Assembly: GCA_025594325.1 (NCBI GenBank) | Contig: JANHCV010000011.1 | Span: 1,054,001 to 1,118,000, forward strand | Direction of reading: 5' to 3' | DNA from: Blastocladiella emersonii ATCC 22665 | Taxonomy: Eukaryota > Fungi > Blastocladiomycota | Length of the DNA: 64,000 bases | Shown: one piece after another, positions 23,998-35,831 of the stretch | Layout: each line of letters begins with the position of its first letter | Position numbering within the stretch: position 1 is the first letter of the stretch | Program-made: the position numbers and the translations under genes | Notes under the pieces: generated by a model | Databases searched by the model: none | The model's input: only the letters and a program-made list of their open reading frames with translations | What the model was told of the DNA's origin: nothing

Positions 23998-25056
23998 ATG
24001 GCGTCGAACGCGAACCCGGCGCTGCTCATCAGCCGGATGGCGGGCCTCATCACGAGCGGGCCCAGCATCCTGCTGGCCATCAACGTCCTCAACTCGGTGC
24101 TGCAGCGGTACCGCGGGAGCCCGCTGCAGGTGGTGATTCTCGGGTGCGGCACGCTGAGCATCGCGACCGACGTGCTGATCCTGGTGGCCGTCGGCTCGTG
24201 GATTGTGTCCCCGAGCTTCCCCGGCTGGGTCGGCTGCGTGCTCGCCATCAACATCCTGAAGCGGCTGCACTCGGTCGTGACGGCGTACCTCGCATACCTG
24301 CGCATGACGGCGATCGTGCGCCCGCTGACGTCGCTCAAGCGGTTCGTCGTGCCGTACACGGTGCTGTACGCCGTGTGCGGCGTGGTTTCGGTGGCGTGCC
24401 AGTTCGACGCGTACGCGAGCTCCGGGTGGAACGCGGCCAGGGCCCGCGTCACGCCGTCGTTCCAGGTCGGGTACCGCGTCTTCAACCTCATCTGTGTGCT
24501 CCTTTACGCGGTCCCGGCGATCGGGACCGACATCTACTTCTTCCTCGTGACGGGCCGGTCGACCAACATGGCGAAGCGGTTCGACGCCATCAAGCAGTTC
24601 TTCAACCCGAACGTCTTCTCCTTCCTCGAGCTCGTGCTGCTCTTCTCGGTGTGCATCCCGCTGATCCTCGGCATGGCGTTCCCGGACCAGGAGTGGACGT
24701 CTCCGACGTACACGGAAAATTGTCTGCTGTCGACCATCGCCTTAAACGCTACGATGACCGTCAAGGCTGCGGTCCTTATGCCCGGCGAGATATCCGGGAG
24801 TACCGAAGGCCACCACACCACGTCGGGCCGCACGGGTGCATCGACGACGCGCGGCGGGCTCGGGTCCACCAACACGCTCGCGGCCAAGTCGGCGCTCACG
24901 GCCAGCAGCGTCGCGGTCCTCGCGTCGGCCACCGCGCTCTCGCCCATCAAGACGGACCGACCCGCGCTGTCACGCTCGCCGTCCACGTCCGGGCCGTCGC
25001 CGTCGCCGTCGCCGTCGGCTGCGAGTCCCGGCGGTCGCTGTGGGTCGTCGGGCTGA
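23998..25056 (+). CDS. Orphan 7-TM GPCR-like protein, copy 2 (tandem paralog)
   Basis: Aligns by eye over all TMs with copy 1 (NPALLISRMAGLITSGPSILL, SSGWNAARAR, SPTYTE); Ser/Thr/Pro-rich tail. Confidence 0.72.
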   Translation: MASNANPALLISRMAGLITSGPSILLAINVLNSVLQRYRGSPLQVVILGCGTLSIATDVLILVAVGSWIVSPSFPGWVGCVLAINILKRLHSVVTAYLAYLRMTAIVRPLTSLKRFVVPYTVLYAVCGVVSVACQFDAYASSGWNAARARVTPSFQVGYRVFNLICVLLYAVPAIGTDIYFFLVTGRSTNMAKRFDAIKQFFNPNVFSFLELVLLFSVCIPLILGMAFPDQEWTSPTYTENCLLSTIALNATMTVKAAVLMPGEISGSTEGHHTTSGRTGASTTRGGLGSTNTLAAKSALTASSVAVLASATALSPIKTDRPALSRSPSTSGPSPSPSPSAASPGGRCGSSG

Positions 25057-25325
25057 TTGACTGCGGGGTCTAGGCGTTGTGATGTGATACATTTTATTCA
25101 TAGCGCACACATGGTCGGGAGAGTGGTGATCAGTCTGGCTGATGTCCCCGTCCCGAGCTCCAGCTTCGGGGCGCATGCCAACGCACCACCTGCGTCCATG
25201 TGACCTCAAATACACACGCCCTCACTGCCCGCGCCACACTGGCGCCGTCCCGAACGGTTCCCAAACCCACCAACGAAGACAAACGCAAAGGAGAGAACGA
25301 AACCCCCACGAAACGAAACGTCACC

Positions 25326-26850
25326 ATGAAGCTCGATGCAAAAATGCTGCGCTACCTGTCGAGCGAGGAGTTCCGGGTGCTGACGGCGGTCGAGATGGGG
25401 TCCAAGAACCACGAGGTGGTTCCGACCACGCTGATCGCGCAGATCTCGCGGCTCAAGGCCGGCGGCGCCTACAAGATCCTCGGCGATCTCGCCAAGAACA
25501 ATCTCGTGGCGCGCGTGCAGAACGCCAAGTGTACGGCCTGCCCCGCACTCGTCGCGTCTGGCATCCCCGCTGACACACCCGCATCGCGTAGACGACGGGT
25601 ACCGCCTGACGTACGGCGGGTACGACTACCTTGCGCTCAACACGTTTGCGCAGCGCGGGACCGTGTACTCGGTGGGCAACCAGATCGGCGTCGGCAAGGA
25701 GTCGGACATCTACATAGTGGCGAACGAGGAGGGCGAGCAGCGCGTGCTCAAGATGCACCGTCTGGGCCGCACCTCGTTCCGCGCCATCAAGACCAAGCGC
25801 GACTACCTCGAGAACCGCCGCTCCGCCTCGTGGATGTACATGTCCCGGCTGTCGGCGACCAAGGAGCACGCCTTCATGGTCGCCCTGCACGAGTACGGGT
25901 TCCCCGTGCCCACGCCGCACGACCAGAACCGCCACTGTGTCGTCATGGACCTCGTCGACGGGATCCCGCTGACGCACGTGAGCGAGGTGGCCGACGTCGG
26001 AAAGCTGTACTCGGACCTGATGGCGCTGCTCCTGCGGCTCGCGTCGCATGGCTTGGTGCACGGCGACTTCAACGAGTTCAACCTCATGATCCGCCAGGCC
26101 GACCAGACCCCCATCCTCATCGACTTCCCGCAGATGATCTCCACCAACCACGTCAACGCGCGCGAGCAGTTCGACCGCGACGTCAACTGCATCCGCGACT
26201 ACTTCCGCCGCCGCTACGATTTCATCGCTGACTGGTGGCCCCAGTTCGACCGCGATGTTGCGCGCACCGTGGATCTCGATGCCGCGATTGCCGCGTCCGG
26301 CGCGCTCAAGCTCACCAAGAAGCAGATGCGCGAACTCGAGTCGTTCCTCGCCGAGGAGCGCCAGCGCAAGGAGGTCGAGGGTAGCGACGAGGAGGACGAT
26401 GACGAGGAGGAGGACGCGGCCGAGGAGGAGCAGCTCGCCGACTCGACCTCCAGGCTATCCCTCGGCGCCAACGCCGAGCCCGCCGAGCCCGCCGCTGCTG
26501 TCGCCGAGTCCTCCGACTCGGAAGCCGACTCGGACCTCGCGGCCGACGCGCCCAACAACCGCGAGTTCCGCGCGTTCCGGGACCAGGACCTGCGCGAGTA
26601 CTACGCCAAGCAGACCCCCGAGTCCGACGACGACGAGCTCGAGGCCGACACCAAGACGACCAAGGCGCCGCGCATGGTCAAGGCGACGCGGGCGCTGACG
26701 GCCGAGGAGATCAAGGCGCGCGTCGCATCGACGGTCGGGCAGAAGGTGGCCAAGGCGGCCGGGTCCAAGCACCGCAACCAGAACAAGACGCGGTCACGCA
26801 AGGACCGGCAGACGGGCGATGCGATGAAGTACGGTAAGATGGATTACTGA
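25326..26850 (+). CDS. RIO2: Atypical Ser/Thr kinase RIO2 (40S biogenesis)
   Basis: EEFRVLTAVEMGSKNHEVVP, YRLTYGGYDYLAL, IGVGKESDIY, KMHRLGRTSFR, HGDFNEFN, IDFPQM; intron about 25531-25590. Confidence 0.97.
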
Positions 26851-26968
26851 GCGAGGAGCGAGGGAGATATATCATGTATAGTAGTAGTAGGTCGTAGTTG
26901 TTGCCATGGGATGGGATGCGAGTGCGATGGGATGAGATATCAAAGGGAACAAAAGGGTCGGTGGTCGG

Positions 26969-27481
26969 TTACTCGGCGGCCGCCACGAGTTCAATCTCGA
27001 GCACGTCGCCGTCGCGCAGCACCTCGTACACCGAGTCGTAGTCGCGGTCGCGGCCGAGCGGGACCTCGACGACTGATGGCGGACGGTTACCACGGCGAGC
27101 CGTGGCGCCGCCGCCGATGGTGCCCATAGCCGGGCTGCGTGCGTGGGCCTCGTCCGTCTCCACCGCCGCCGCCGACCCCTCGTCGTTGTGGTCGAGCTCC
27201 ATGGCCGAGTCGTTGCGGACGTGCGGCATCTTCTCGGCCTCCTCCTCCTGGTTCTCGCCCGTCGTCAGCACGGTCCACGAGACGCGCGGGCTCTCGTAGT
27301 CGACGGGGACGAGGTGGCGCAGGGCGAACTTGAGCTGCTTGACCGTCTGCAGCGCGTCGAGCGTGAGCGGGACGGGCGGGGCCGCGGGCGCGAACCGGAG
27401 CGACGCCACGACGTGCACCTCGAAGTTGAGCGACGCCGGCAGGGAGGTCAGGTCGTGCACGCCGTTGCTGCGCTTGAGCAT
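26969..27481 (-). CDS. Small hypothetical protein, possible ubiquitin-like fold with acidic insertion
   Basis: 170-aa ORF in host codon style; TLDALQTVKQLKFAL and YEVLRDGDVLEIEL resemble the helix-1 and final-strand patterns of UBL domains. Confidence 0.55.
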   Translation of the reverse strand: MLKRSNGVHDLTSLPASLNFEVHVVASLRFAPAAPPVPLTLDALQTVKQLKFALRHLVPVDYESPRVSWTVLTTGENQEEEAEKMPHVRNDSAMELDHNDEGSAAAVETDEAHARSPAMGTIGGGATARRGNRPPSVVEVPLGRDRDYDSVYEVLRDGDVLEIELVAAAE

Positions 27482-27895
27482 GTTGATGATGGTGGGTGTG
27501 GGAGCGGGTGTGGTGGTTGGTGGGAGCGGCGAGGCAGGAACCCCAGTGGCTGTGTGCGTTGCGTGGAGAGTGGAGGGTGGGGGCTCGAGCAGCTCGCTGC
27601 ACAGAGTCGGGTCAATGATGAGTCGCTATCGAGGAGAGCGCGAAGGGAAAGCGGCCGCGACTCAGCGTCTTGTAGGGCAGGGTGACGGCATCGCATGCGG
27701 AACAAGAAAATGGGGGGTGGCGTAGCGCGGCGGCGGCGGCAGCGGCGCGTCTCGCGATCGCCGCGTGGCGCGCGCGTGACGGGGTGCGAGACACGCGTGT
27801 CTCTCATCTTACCCGCACTCGAGAAGGTGAACGTTTGGACTATATTTACACGGCCGAGCGACCCGGCACCCACCCAAAAACCGGCCTCCTCCGAC

Positions 27896-29224
27896 TTAAA
27901 TGAAGATGAGGTCCTCGGTGGCCCTGACCTTGCGCCACGCGCGGAGCCCGCGGAACGCGGACCACCCGTATGTGATAGCGGCCACGTACCCGAACGCCCA
28001 CGAGAGGTTCCACGGCAGGCAGTCGACGGCCAGCAGGCGCGACTTCTCTGCGGCGCTGAGCCGGTTGTACAGGGCGGCCTCGGGCGAGTTGGCAAAGTTG
28101 AACAGGTACCGCGGGCACGACCCGTTGGCCGCCTGCATCGACGCCGAGAGCCCCCACAGCAGCATGTAAACCGTGTCGAGCGCCATCTCGACGGGCGAGT
28201 ACTCGGCTTCGGCCGACGGCGCGATCCCGACCAGTTTCGGCCACAGCAGGTTGAAGATGTGCGTGAACGAGACGACCACGCTCGTCACGCACGTCAGGCT
28301 CGCCAGGTTGATCCCGGAGACCCCGATCGACGTGGACGTGTAGTTGACGCCGAACGTCGCCGCGTACAGCGCGACGAGCGCCACGCACCCGATCACCAGC
28401 TGCAGCACGCGCAAAAGGAACCGGCCCGTGCGCACCGTCACCAGCCGCGAACGGTACTGCGTCCGCTGCGTCGACAGGAACAGGTGCGTCTTGTCGCGCA
28501 GCACCCGGCCCAGCGTCGCCGCATTGTACGCGGCCGGCGTTGGCGCTGCGCTGATCACGGTCACGCCGGGGACCGCGCCCGGGATCTCGATTCCCAGCGG
28601 GTGCGCCGCCGACAGCGACATGGGCTGCGGGGTCGTCTGCGGCGCGACACTGTTGGGCGACGCGTGGGTCGCGGGCGACGGGAGCACCACCTGGCGCGGG
28701 GCGGGCGACGCGGGCGAGGCCGAAGGCGAAAGCGCGGGCGGGTCGGCGAGCGTCATGGGCAGGTGTTTCGGCGACTGCGACGGCGAGGTGGGCAGCGGGT
28801 GCGTCTGCAGCAGGCGCGACCGCGAGTGCGAGTGGGTGGCGCGGCGCGCGAGGCTGACGAGGCTCGCGGTGCGGCTGTGGCGTGACGTCGGTTGTCGCGC
28901 AGTGGTGGCGGCAGCGACGGCAGCAGCGGCACCGGCCTCGACGACGTGCGCGTCGGGCGAGTTGGGGCGGTGGTGCGTGTGCGCGGGCGGCGCGGGTGGG
29001 GGTACGGCGACGACGACGGCGGGGGTGGCGCGGTCGAGTGACGAAAAGGACGCGGCGGCCGCGGGCGACGAGGGCGACGCCGAGAGCGACGGCGACGAGG
29101 CGGTGGTGTGGTTGGCGAGGACGAGCGGGCGCGCGCTGCCTCCGGTGGGCGACGAGGAGAAGCTCGCGGAGCTGCTGTTGGTACCGCTCGAGGAAGCGCG
29201 GACGAGGTGCGACGGGCGCTGCAT
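27896..29224 (-). CDS. MARVEL-like four-TM protein with long disordered N-terminus
   Basis: RFLLRVLQLVIGCVALVAL, four hydrophobic segments in the C-terminal half, EMALDTVYMLLW, CLPWNLSWAFGY. Confidence 0.7.
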   Translation of the reverse strand: MQRPSHLVRASSSGTNSSSASFSSSPTGGSARPLVLANHTTASSPSLSASPSSPAAAASFSSLDRATPAVVVAVPPPAPPAHTHHRPNSPDAHVVEAGAAAAVAAATTARQPTSRHSRTASLVSLARRATHSHSRSRLLQTHPLPTSPSQSPKHLPMTLADPPALSPSASPASPAPRQVVLPSPATHASPNSVAPQTTPQPMSLSAAHPLGIEIPGAVPGVTVISAAPTPAAYNAATLGRVLRDKTHLFLSTQRTQYRSRLVTVRTGRFLLRVLQLVIGCVALVALYAATFGVNYTSTSIGVSGINLASLTCVTSVVVSFTHIFNLLWPKLVGIAPSAEAEYSPVEMALDTVYMLLWGLSASMQAANGSCPRYLFNFANSPEAALYNRLSAAEKSRLLAVDCLPWNLSWAFGYVAAITYGWSAFRGLRAWRKVRATEDLIFI

Positions 29225-29966
29225 GGCGGGCGAGAGGGAGGGAGGGCGTCGGAAACGTGCGCGGGTCGGTCGGGGCCCAGGGCGACGTCGGAGTCGATCA
29301 ACGGGTGGCGTGGCGGCGGATGCCGATGGTCCAATCAGCGCAGATTCCAGTCAAATGACCGACCGCGTTCTGGATGCGATGCGATGCGTCGTGTGATGCG
29401 CTGCAGCGACGTGGGCCGAGCGCAGATGGACGCGCGGCAGGCGGTCGGTGCGGCAGCGGCGACTAAGCGTTCGCGAGCGGCTCGGGCGCGCAGTGGAGGT
29501 CGGAGGTGCTGGGCGTGCAGCAGTCGTCGTCGAGGAGGATGGGCAGCGCGCGGGGCGGCAGATGCATGGAGAGACGGTTACGGTGCCAAGTCGGTGTCGC
29601 CGCCGTCGTCGACGGTGCGGTCAGCAGCGGCCGGCGAGGCCCGACGCACCGACGCAGAGCGGAGCAGAATCTGTCTCCCGAAAACCGGGTTTCGCGGCTT
29701 GGCGTGTCGGTCACGTTGCATGACGCCATGCCGGTTTTGCCTCGCACCTGGTCCGTCGGCCGCAACCGGAGCGGGGCAGCCAAAAACCTGATATCCGGCG
29801 CGGAATCAACAACACGGCCGCCGGCGCCTCCGCAGCCCTGCCCCCGCCGCCCTGCCCTCGCTCTCCCTCCCGCCGGCCCGCCGGCCCTTGACGCTCTCTC
29901 TCCCGCAAAACGCTCTGATCCGCGTCTTGAGCACCCCACCCTCCCCGCCCAGCACCGACCGCCACC

Positions 29967-31149
29967 ATGTACCCCTCGCAGGCTGCCCTCAACAACATGC
30001 GCACCGTCGTGCCCATGGACAAGATCGTCGCCAACGCCGCGGCCGCCGAGTCCAAGCCCTCGGGCATCGACCTCTACGCCCGCTTCGCCTTCGCCGGTAC
30101 GCCGCCGTGTTGCGCTGGGCTGCGCTCGTCCCGATCGTGTGCGCTAACAGACGTCCTCGTCCCGCTCCCTAGGCGCCGTCTGCTGCTCGGTCACCCACGG
30201 TGCTCTGACCCCTGGTACGTGCTCCTCTGTTTGCTCGCTTGCTCGTCAACACGAAAACGTGTGCGATCAGCCCCCCACATCACGAACACCCGCGCTCACA
30301 CTACTCCCACCCCACCCAACAGTCGATGTCGTCAAGACCCGTATCCAGCTCCAGCCCGAGGTGTACAACCGCGGTATGATCGGCGGCTTCCGCCAGATCA
30401 TCGCTGCCGAGGGTGCGGGTGCCCTCCTCACGGGCTTCGGCCCGACGGCCGCCGGCTACTTTGTGCAGGGCGCCTTCAAGTTCGGCGGTTACGAGTTTTG
30501 GAAGAAGCAGCTCATCGAGGCCGTCGGCGCCGAGAACGCGCCCGCGTACCGCATCCCCATCTACCTGACGGCCTCGGCGCTCGCCGAGATCGCGGCCGAC
30601 GTCGCCCTGTGCCCGCTCGAGGCCACGCGCATCCGCCTCGTGTCGCAGCCCGACTTTGCCTCGGGCCTCGTCGGCGGCTTCTCGCGCATCCTCCGCGAGG
30701 AGGGCGTGCTCCGTGGCTTCTACTCTGGCTTCGGCCCGATCCTCCTCAAGCAGGTGCCCTACACCATGGCCAAGTTCGCCGTGTACGAGATCGCGGCCGA
30801 GAAGATCTACGACCTGATCCCGACCCCCAAGGAGCAGCTCTCGTCGGGCACCGTCACCTCGGTCAACCTCGGCGCCGGTCTCATTGCCGGTATGGCGGCC
30901 GCCGTCATCTCGCAGCCCGCCGACACGCTGCTGTCCAAGATCAACAAGTCCAAGGGCGCCGAGGGCGAGTCCATCACCTCCCGCCTCATTGCCCTGTCCA
31001 AGGAGCTCGGCCCCCGCGGCCTCTTCCTCGGCCTCGGCGCTCGTGTCGTCATGGTCGGCGCCCTCACCGCGGGCCAGTTCGCCATCAACGGCGACGTCAA
31101 GCGCATGCTCGGCGCCACGGGTGGCTTCGAGATTGCCAAGTCCAAGTAA
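29967..31149 (+). CDS. MIR1: Mitochondrial phosphate carrier (SLC25A3/MIR1/PIC)
   Basis: Three exons; [77 protein letters not shown] carrier signatures. Confidence 0.95.
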
Positions 31150-31698
31150 GTCCCTCTCCCCCCTACCCTCGTACTACTTGTCGACCTCCCTTTAGCATCT
31201 CTCTTATCCGTACCCCACTCGTGCTCCTGTCGCGTGTACATGACATCCTCTCCTCCCTCTTGCATGTATGCTCCGTTCTCTCCTTGCAGCTCAACCCTCT
31301 AGCCCCCTAACTGAAAATGAAGAAACGCCAGCGCGCCGCGACGTGTGCGCGCCGAAGGGTCAGTGCGATCTCACGCCCGAGGCCGCGCGCGCTCGCCGCG
31401 TTGCTTCCCCCAAACCATCTCCCTCTCGTCCCCCCCTAACATGATATTGCTTCGTTCATAATCTCCCTGCTGTCTTGGCCTTGCTGTGCGCGATTGGAGA
31501 AGAAAAACGCGTCCGGCTCGCCCCTCAGCAACCGCTCACGTGCGCGCACCTGAACACAGACAACGCGCTGTCCTCGACCTTCCACCACCTCGCCGCGCCG
31601 CGCCGCGACGCGACTCGCTCACAACCCCGATCGTGCACCGCGTAACGCAGCTGCAACGGATCAACACCCGTACCCCGATCATCACCACCACCACCACC

Positions 31699-33168
31699 AT
31701 GGGCCGTAACAGCAAGCGCCAGAAGACCAACAACGGCACCCCCGCCGGCACCCCGGCCAAGGACGCCGCGTCCGTGCCCGCTGCCGCTGCCGCCGCGTCG
31801 CCGGCTGTCAAGAAGGAGGCGACGCCCGCGAAGAAGGAGGCGACGCCCGCCAAGGAGACCCCCAAGGCCAACGGCCAGCAGCAGCAGCAGGGCAAGAAGG
31901 GCAAGAAGAGCCAGCAGGGCGCCGCCGCGACCCCCGCCGCTGCCGTCAAGACCGAGCAGCCCGCCGCCGCCGCCGCTGAGAAGAAGCCCGAGACCCCCTC
32001 GTCGACCCCCGCTAAGAAGCAGCAGGCTACGCCCTCGGTCAAGAAGGAAGCGACGCCCGCCAAGGCCGCCACCCCCGCGCCCGCTGCCGTCAAGAAGGAG
32101 GCTGCGTCGGATAAGAAGGAGACCCCCGCTCCTGCCGCCAAGGAGGAGGCCGCGCCCGCCAAGGCTGCGACCCCCGCGCCCGCCGCCGCCAAGAAGGAGG
32201 CTACAACGGCCCCCGCCAAGAAGCAGACCCCCGCTCCCGCGGCCAAGAACGCCAATGGCAACAAGCAGAAGGCCGCCATCGCCGCGTCGCCCGCGCCCAA
32301 GGTCGCCGCCTCCGAGACCAAGAAGCCCGAGGCCAAGAAGGCCGCCGCCACCGTCGTCGAGGTCTCGCCCGAGGCGAGCGAGGAGGACGAGGAGGAGGAC
32401 GACGAGGAGGCGTCCGAGTTCATCGCCACCATCTCCAAGGCGACCGAGGACCTCATGGAGGTCGAGAACGAGCTCGACGCGCTCGACAAAAAGCACGAGC
32501 AGGCCATGCTCAAGCTCTTCTCGGCCACCGAGGCCAGCAAGGCCCCCGTGTACAAGAAGCGCCGCGCGGCGCTCGCCAAGGTACGCTGACTCTGATCTCG
32601 CGGCTCGAGACTGGGCGACGACGACTAACGAATCGATCCCTATCCGCGCGCGTGGTAGATCCCCAACTTCTGGCCCACGGTGCTGTGCTCGCACGAGATG
32701 ATCGAGGACATGATTGCCGAGGAGGACGTGGAGCTGCTGCAGCACCTCAAGGACGTGTACGTGGTGCGCCCCGACAGCAAGAACGCGGCCAAGTACCGCC
32801 TCGAGTTCACCTTCGACGACAAGAACGGGATCCTGGCCAAGCCCAAGATCGTGGTGCACGTCGAGGCGCAGGGCGAGAACTCGTCGGTCAAGGTCGACCC
32901 GATCCAGTGGGCCGCTGGCAAGAACTTCACGGCACCCGCTCCCGCCAAGGGCAAGAAGCGTGCGCTCACCTACGACGGCTTCTTCTCCATGTTCACCGTC
33001 ACCGAGGAGAACGAGGAGGAGGCCTTTGCCTTCTTCAACACCATCGCCAACGAGATTTTCTCGGACGCCTTCACCATGTACATGAAGGCGACCATGTCCG
33101 CCGACGGCGACGAGGACGACAGCGACGTGATCGAGGAGGAGTCGGACATGGAGGTCGACGACGAGTAG
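31699..33168 (+). CDS. Nucleosome assembly protein (NAP/SET family) with long Lys/Ala/Pro/Thr-rich N-terminus
   Basis: YKKRRAALAK|IPNFWPTVL, EEDVELLQHLKDVYV, IQWAAGKN, GFFSMF, acidic C-tail; intron 32581-32659. Confidence 0.85.
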
Positions 33169-33876
33169 AGCAGTGGGAGCTATTTGTATAAAACATCGCA
33201 GTATCTGTTTCCATGGATGTTGGTCGAGCGATCTCGTGAGGGAGCGAAAAGGAGCGTGAGGGCGGGCGGTCTCGAAGCGGTGGCCGCCTGGATGCTCGAG
33301 TGCGAGACAGATTTCGGAGCTGGACGCTCTCGACGACCCTCACCTTGCCATGCAGCACACCGCCCGCGCCAACCGCCCGTAACTCGCAGCAATGGGCGCC
33401 TGATCATGTTTCCCTCGAGGCCGTGTGCCCTCCTCCTCGCTGGACTCGCTCGCGTCCGTCGTCGCCGTCGCTCAAGGGCGGCACTCGACAAGGGCCGGCC
33501 CGCTCGCCGTCACGAAGCTTGGGCTTGCATCGTAGCCCCACCTATGTCCTCCTACGCCCGCATCGTCCTTGTTCTGCTCCTGCCGTCTCCTCGACCGTGA
33601 TGGCAACTCGGCCAGTGCAGCTCGCTCGGTCACTCGCTGGGCACTGGCCGTGCGGTTTGCACGGAGCGAGCGAAAACGAGCCAGCCAGCCCGTCAGCCAC
33701 TTTTGGGACCTGCGCCACAGTCACGTGCGGCGCCGCCGACCTCGAACGCCACTCGGCGTTTGCGCCTGCGCCGCCTCGCGCAGCCACCCACGGTCGGTCG
33801 GTCGCCGCGGCCGACTCCTAAGCGCGGGCGACCCGCGAAGCCTGCAGGGTCTCTTCCATCCATCGGAGTAACCAAC

Positions 33877-34920
33877 ATGGTAAAACGCTCGACCCTACGC
33901 ACCACCACCACCCCCTGCTATGCACACACACGACGACGCGCACGCACGACGCACACGAACATGCACACGCACGGTCGCCACCATCGACGACGACGACCAC
34001 CTACGCCTCGACCGACGCACCGGCGGACCTCTGGTCGGCCAGATGGCTGCGGGTGGTCACCTCGAAATTTTCGGCGACCGCAGGTCGGCACGCCGAACCA
34101 TCCGCCGCGACGCCGCCCGCCCGCCGCTGCGCCACACCGCCACCTTGCCCGTCACGCCGAAACTCTGCTCGGCCGTATCGTCGCGAACCGCCGCTACGCC
34201 GAACGCAACGTCGTCGCATCGACTGTCCTGTCGTTGTGACGAACGTCGCCGTCCTGCCGAGCAGCGCCATGCGGGTGACGCCGAAACGCTGCTCGGTCGG
34301 TTGTGGCGTTTTTCGCGACGACGGCGGCGGCCCTATGCGCTAGCGGTGGTCTCGGCGGCTCGACTCGTTTCCGAGGGCCGAATCGCCGTGTGTGCATGTT
34401 CATCGGGCGCCGATTGCGCCGTGCTGCGTCGTGTCGTGTGTGCATTGCGCCACACCTCGAATCTGCCGCGAACGCGTCGAAGAACGGGTCGCTAACCCGA
34501 CGCGTTTCACTCCAATAGGCTGTCGACGCTTCGTCCGCTACGATCCGTACTCGCAAGTACCTCACCAACCGTCTGCTTCAGCGCAAGCAGATGGTGGTTG
34601 ACGTGCTCCACGCCAACATCGCCAACCTGCCCAAGGACACGATCCGCGAGAAGCTCGCCAAGATGTACAAGGTCGAGAAGGACCTCGTCGTCGCCTTCGG
34701 TTTCCGCACCGCCTTCGGTGGCGGCAAGTCGACCGGCTTCGCCCTCATCTACGACTCGCTCGACGCCCTCAAGAAGTTCGAGCCCAAGTACCGCCTCGTC
34801 CGCCTCGGCCTCGCCCAGGAGTCGAAGACCGGCCGCAAGCAGCGCAAGGAGCGCAAGAACCGCGCCAAGAAGGCCCGCGGCCTCAAGAAGGCCGTTGTCC
34901 TTGGCCACCGCAAGGGTTAA
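33877..34920 (+). CDS. RPS24: 40S ribosomal protein S24 (eS24); ATG-only first exon and a 639-nt intron
   Basis: ATG at 33877 followed by GTAAAA; GCTAAC branch point and AG at 34518. Exon 2 reads [31 protein letters not shown]...[14 protein letters not shown]...KFEPKYRL. Confidence 0.93.
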
Positions 34921-35831
34921 GTGCACTCGCCCGTCTCCCGCTGTCGTCTTCCCCCATCGGTCGCGTCTGCTGCGCCGTGCCGGGTGGGTCGCGGTGGTGT
35001 GTGTTGTCTGTCTGTGTGTGTCCGTCGATCACGAATTGGATGGGCGCTCGTTGTACCTCTCCTGTTCTTGTCCCACACTGTTCAGCACACTCTCACCCTT
35101 CCTCTCGCCACGCGCCGGCATGCTCGCGTCCGTGGGCAGCCTGCAAATACATTTTTTTCATGCGAAACGAACGATGTCTACTCTTGAGCGAGGTGTGGCG
35201 CACGCGACGCGACGCGACGCGACGTGTTGATCAGGATCAGATCAAGCGGGTGTGGCGCAACGCGTCCTCGCTCTCGACGCGTTTACTGGCTGAAAACGAT
35301 TCTGACGCGCGGCAGCTCCTTTTGCGCCACATGAACGGTGCTTCCAGACTACCTTATGCTCGAGCAGATGAAGGTTTACCAACGCGCGCGTGCGAGTCTA
35401 GCGCTGCGTGGCACACGGTGATCATTGAGCGGATCCGCTCGTCGCTTGGCACCAGCGATTTTCCACCGTTGTCACACTGGGTGGTCAGCGATGACCAAGC
35501 GCGTACTTCATGAGCTGCACTGGCAACACAAACGGTTCGGGACAGGCGTGAGGGAGCCGATTTCTGAGCCGCGGATGCGCGCACGCGCTCCGCGTCTGGA
35601 CTCTTGTGGGTTTGCGGTCGAGTTGATTGACTCTCAAGCAAGTACACCGCGTGTTCGACAGTTTTCACTCGAATTAAAAAGGGTTGTGTGGGACTTGCGA
35701 GTTGAGGCCCATATCTTTCATATTTCATCAAGGGAAACGCGACCAACCAACAAACGATAAAACCATTTGTTTTCAGCATATTCTTCGTAGACATTGGAGA
35801 TAACAACGATACTGTCCGAGGCCCGCGGCTC

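Noticed and set aside
33609-33650. 10-bp inverted repeat upstream of RPS24 (and a similar one at 2708/2794)
   Set aside because: Short IRs are expected by chance at this GC content; no tRNA or ncRNA features.
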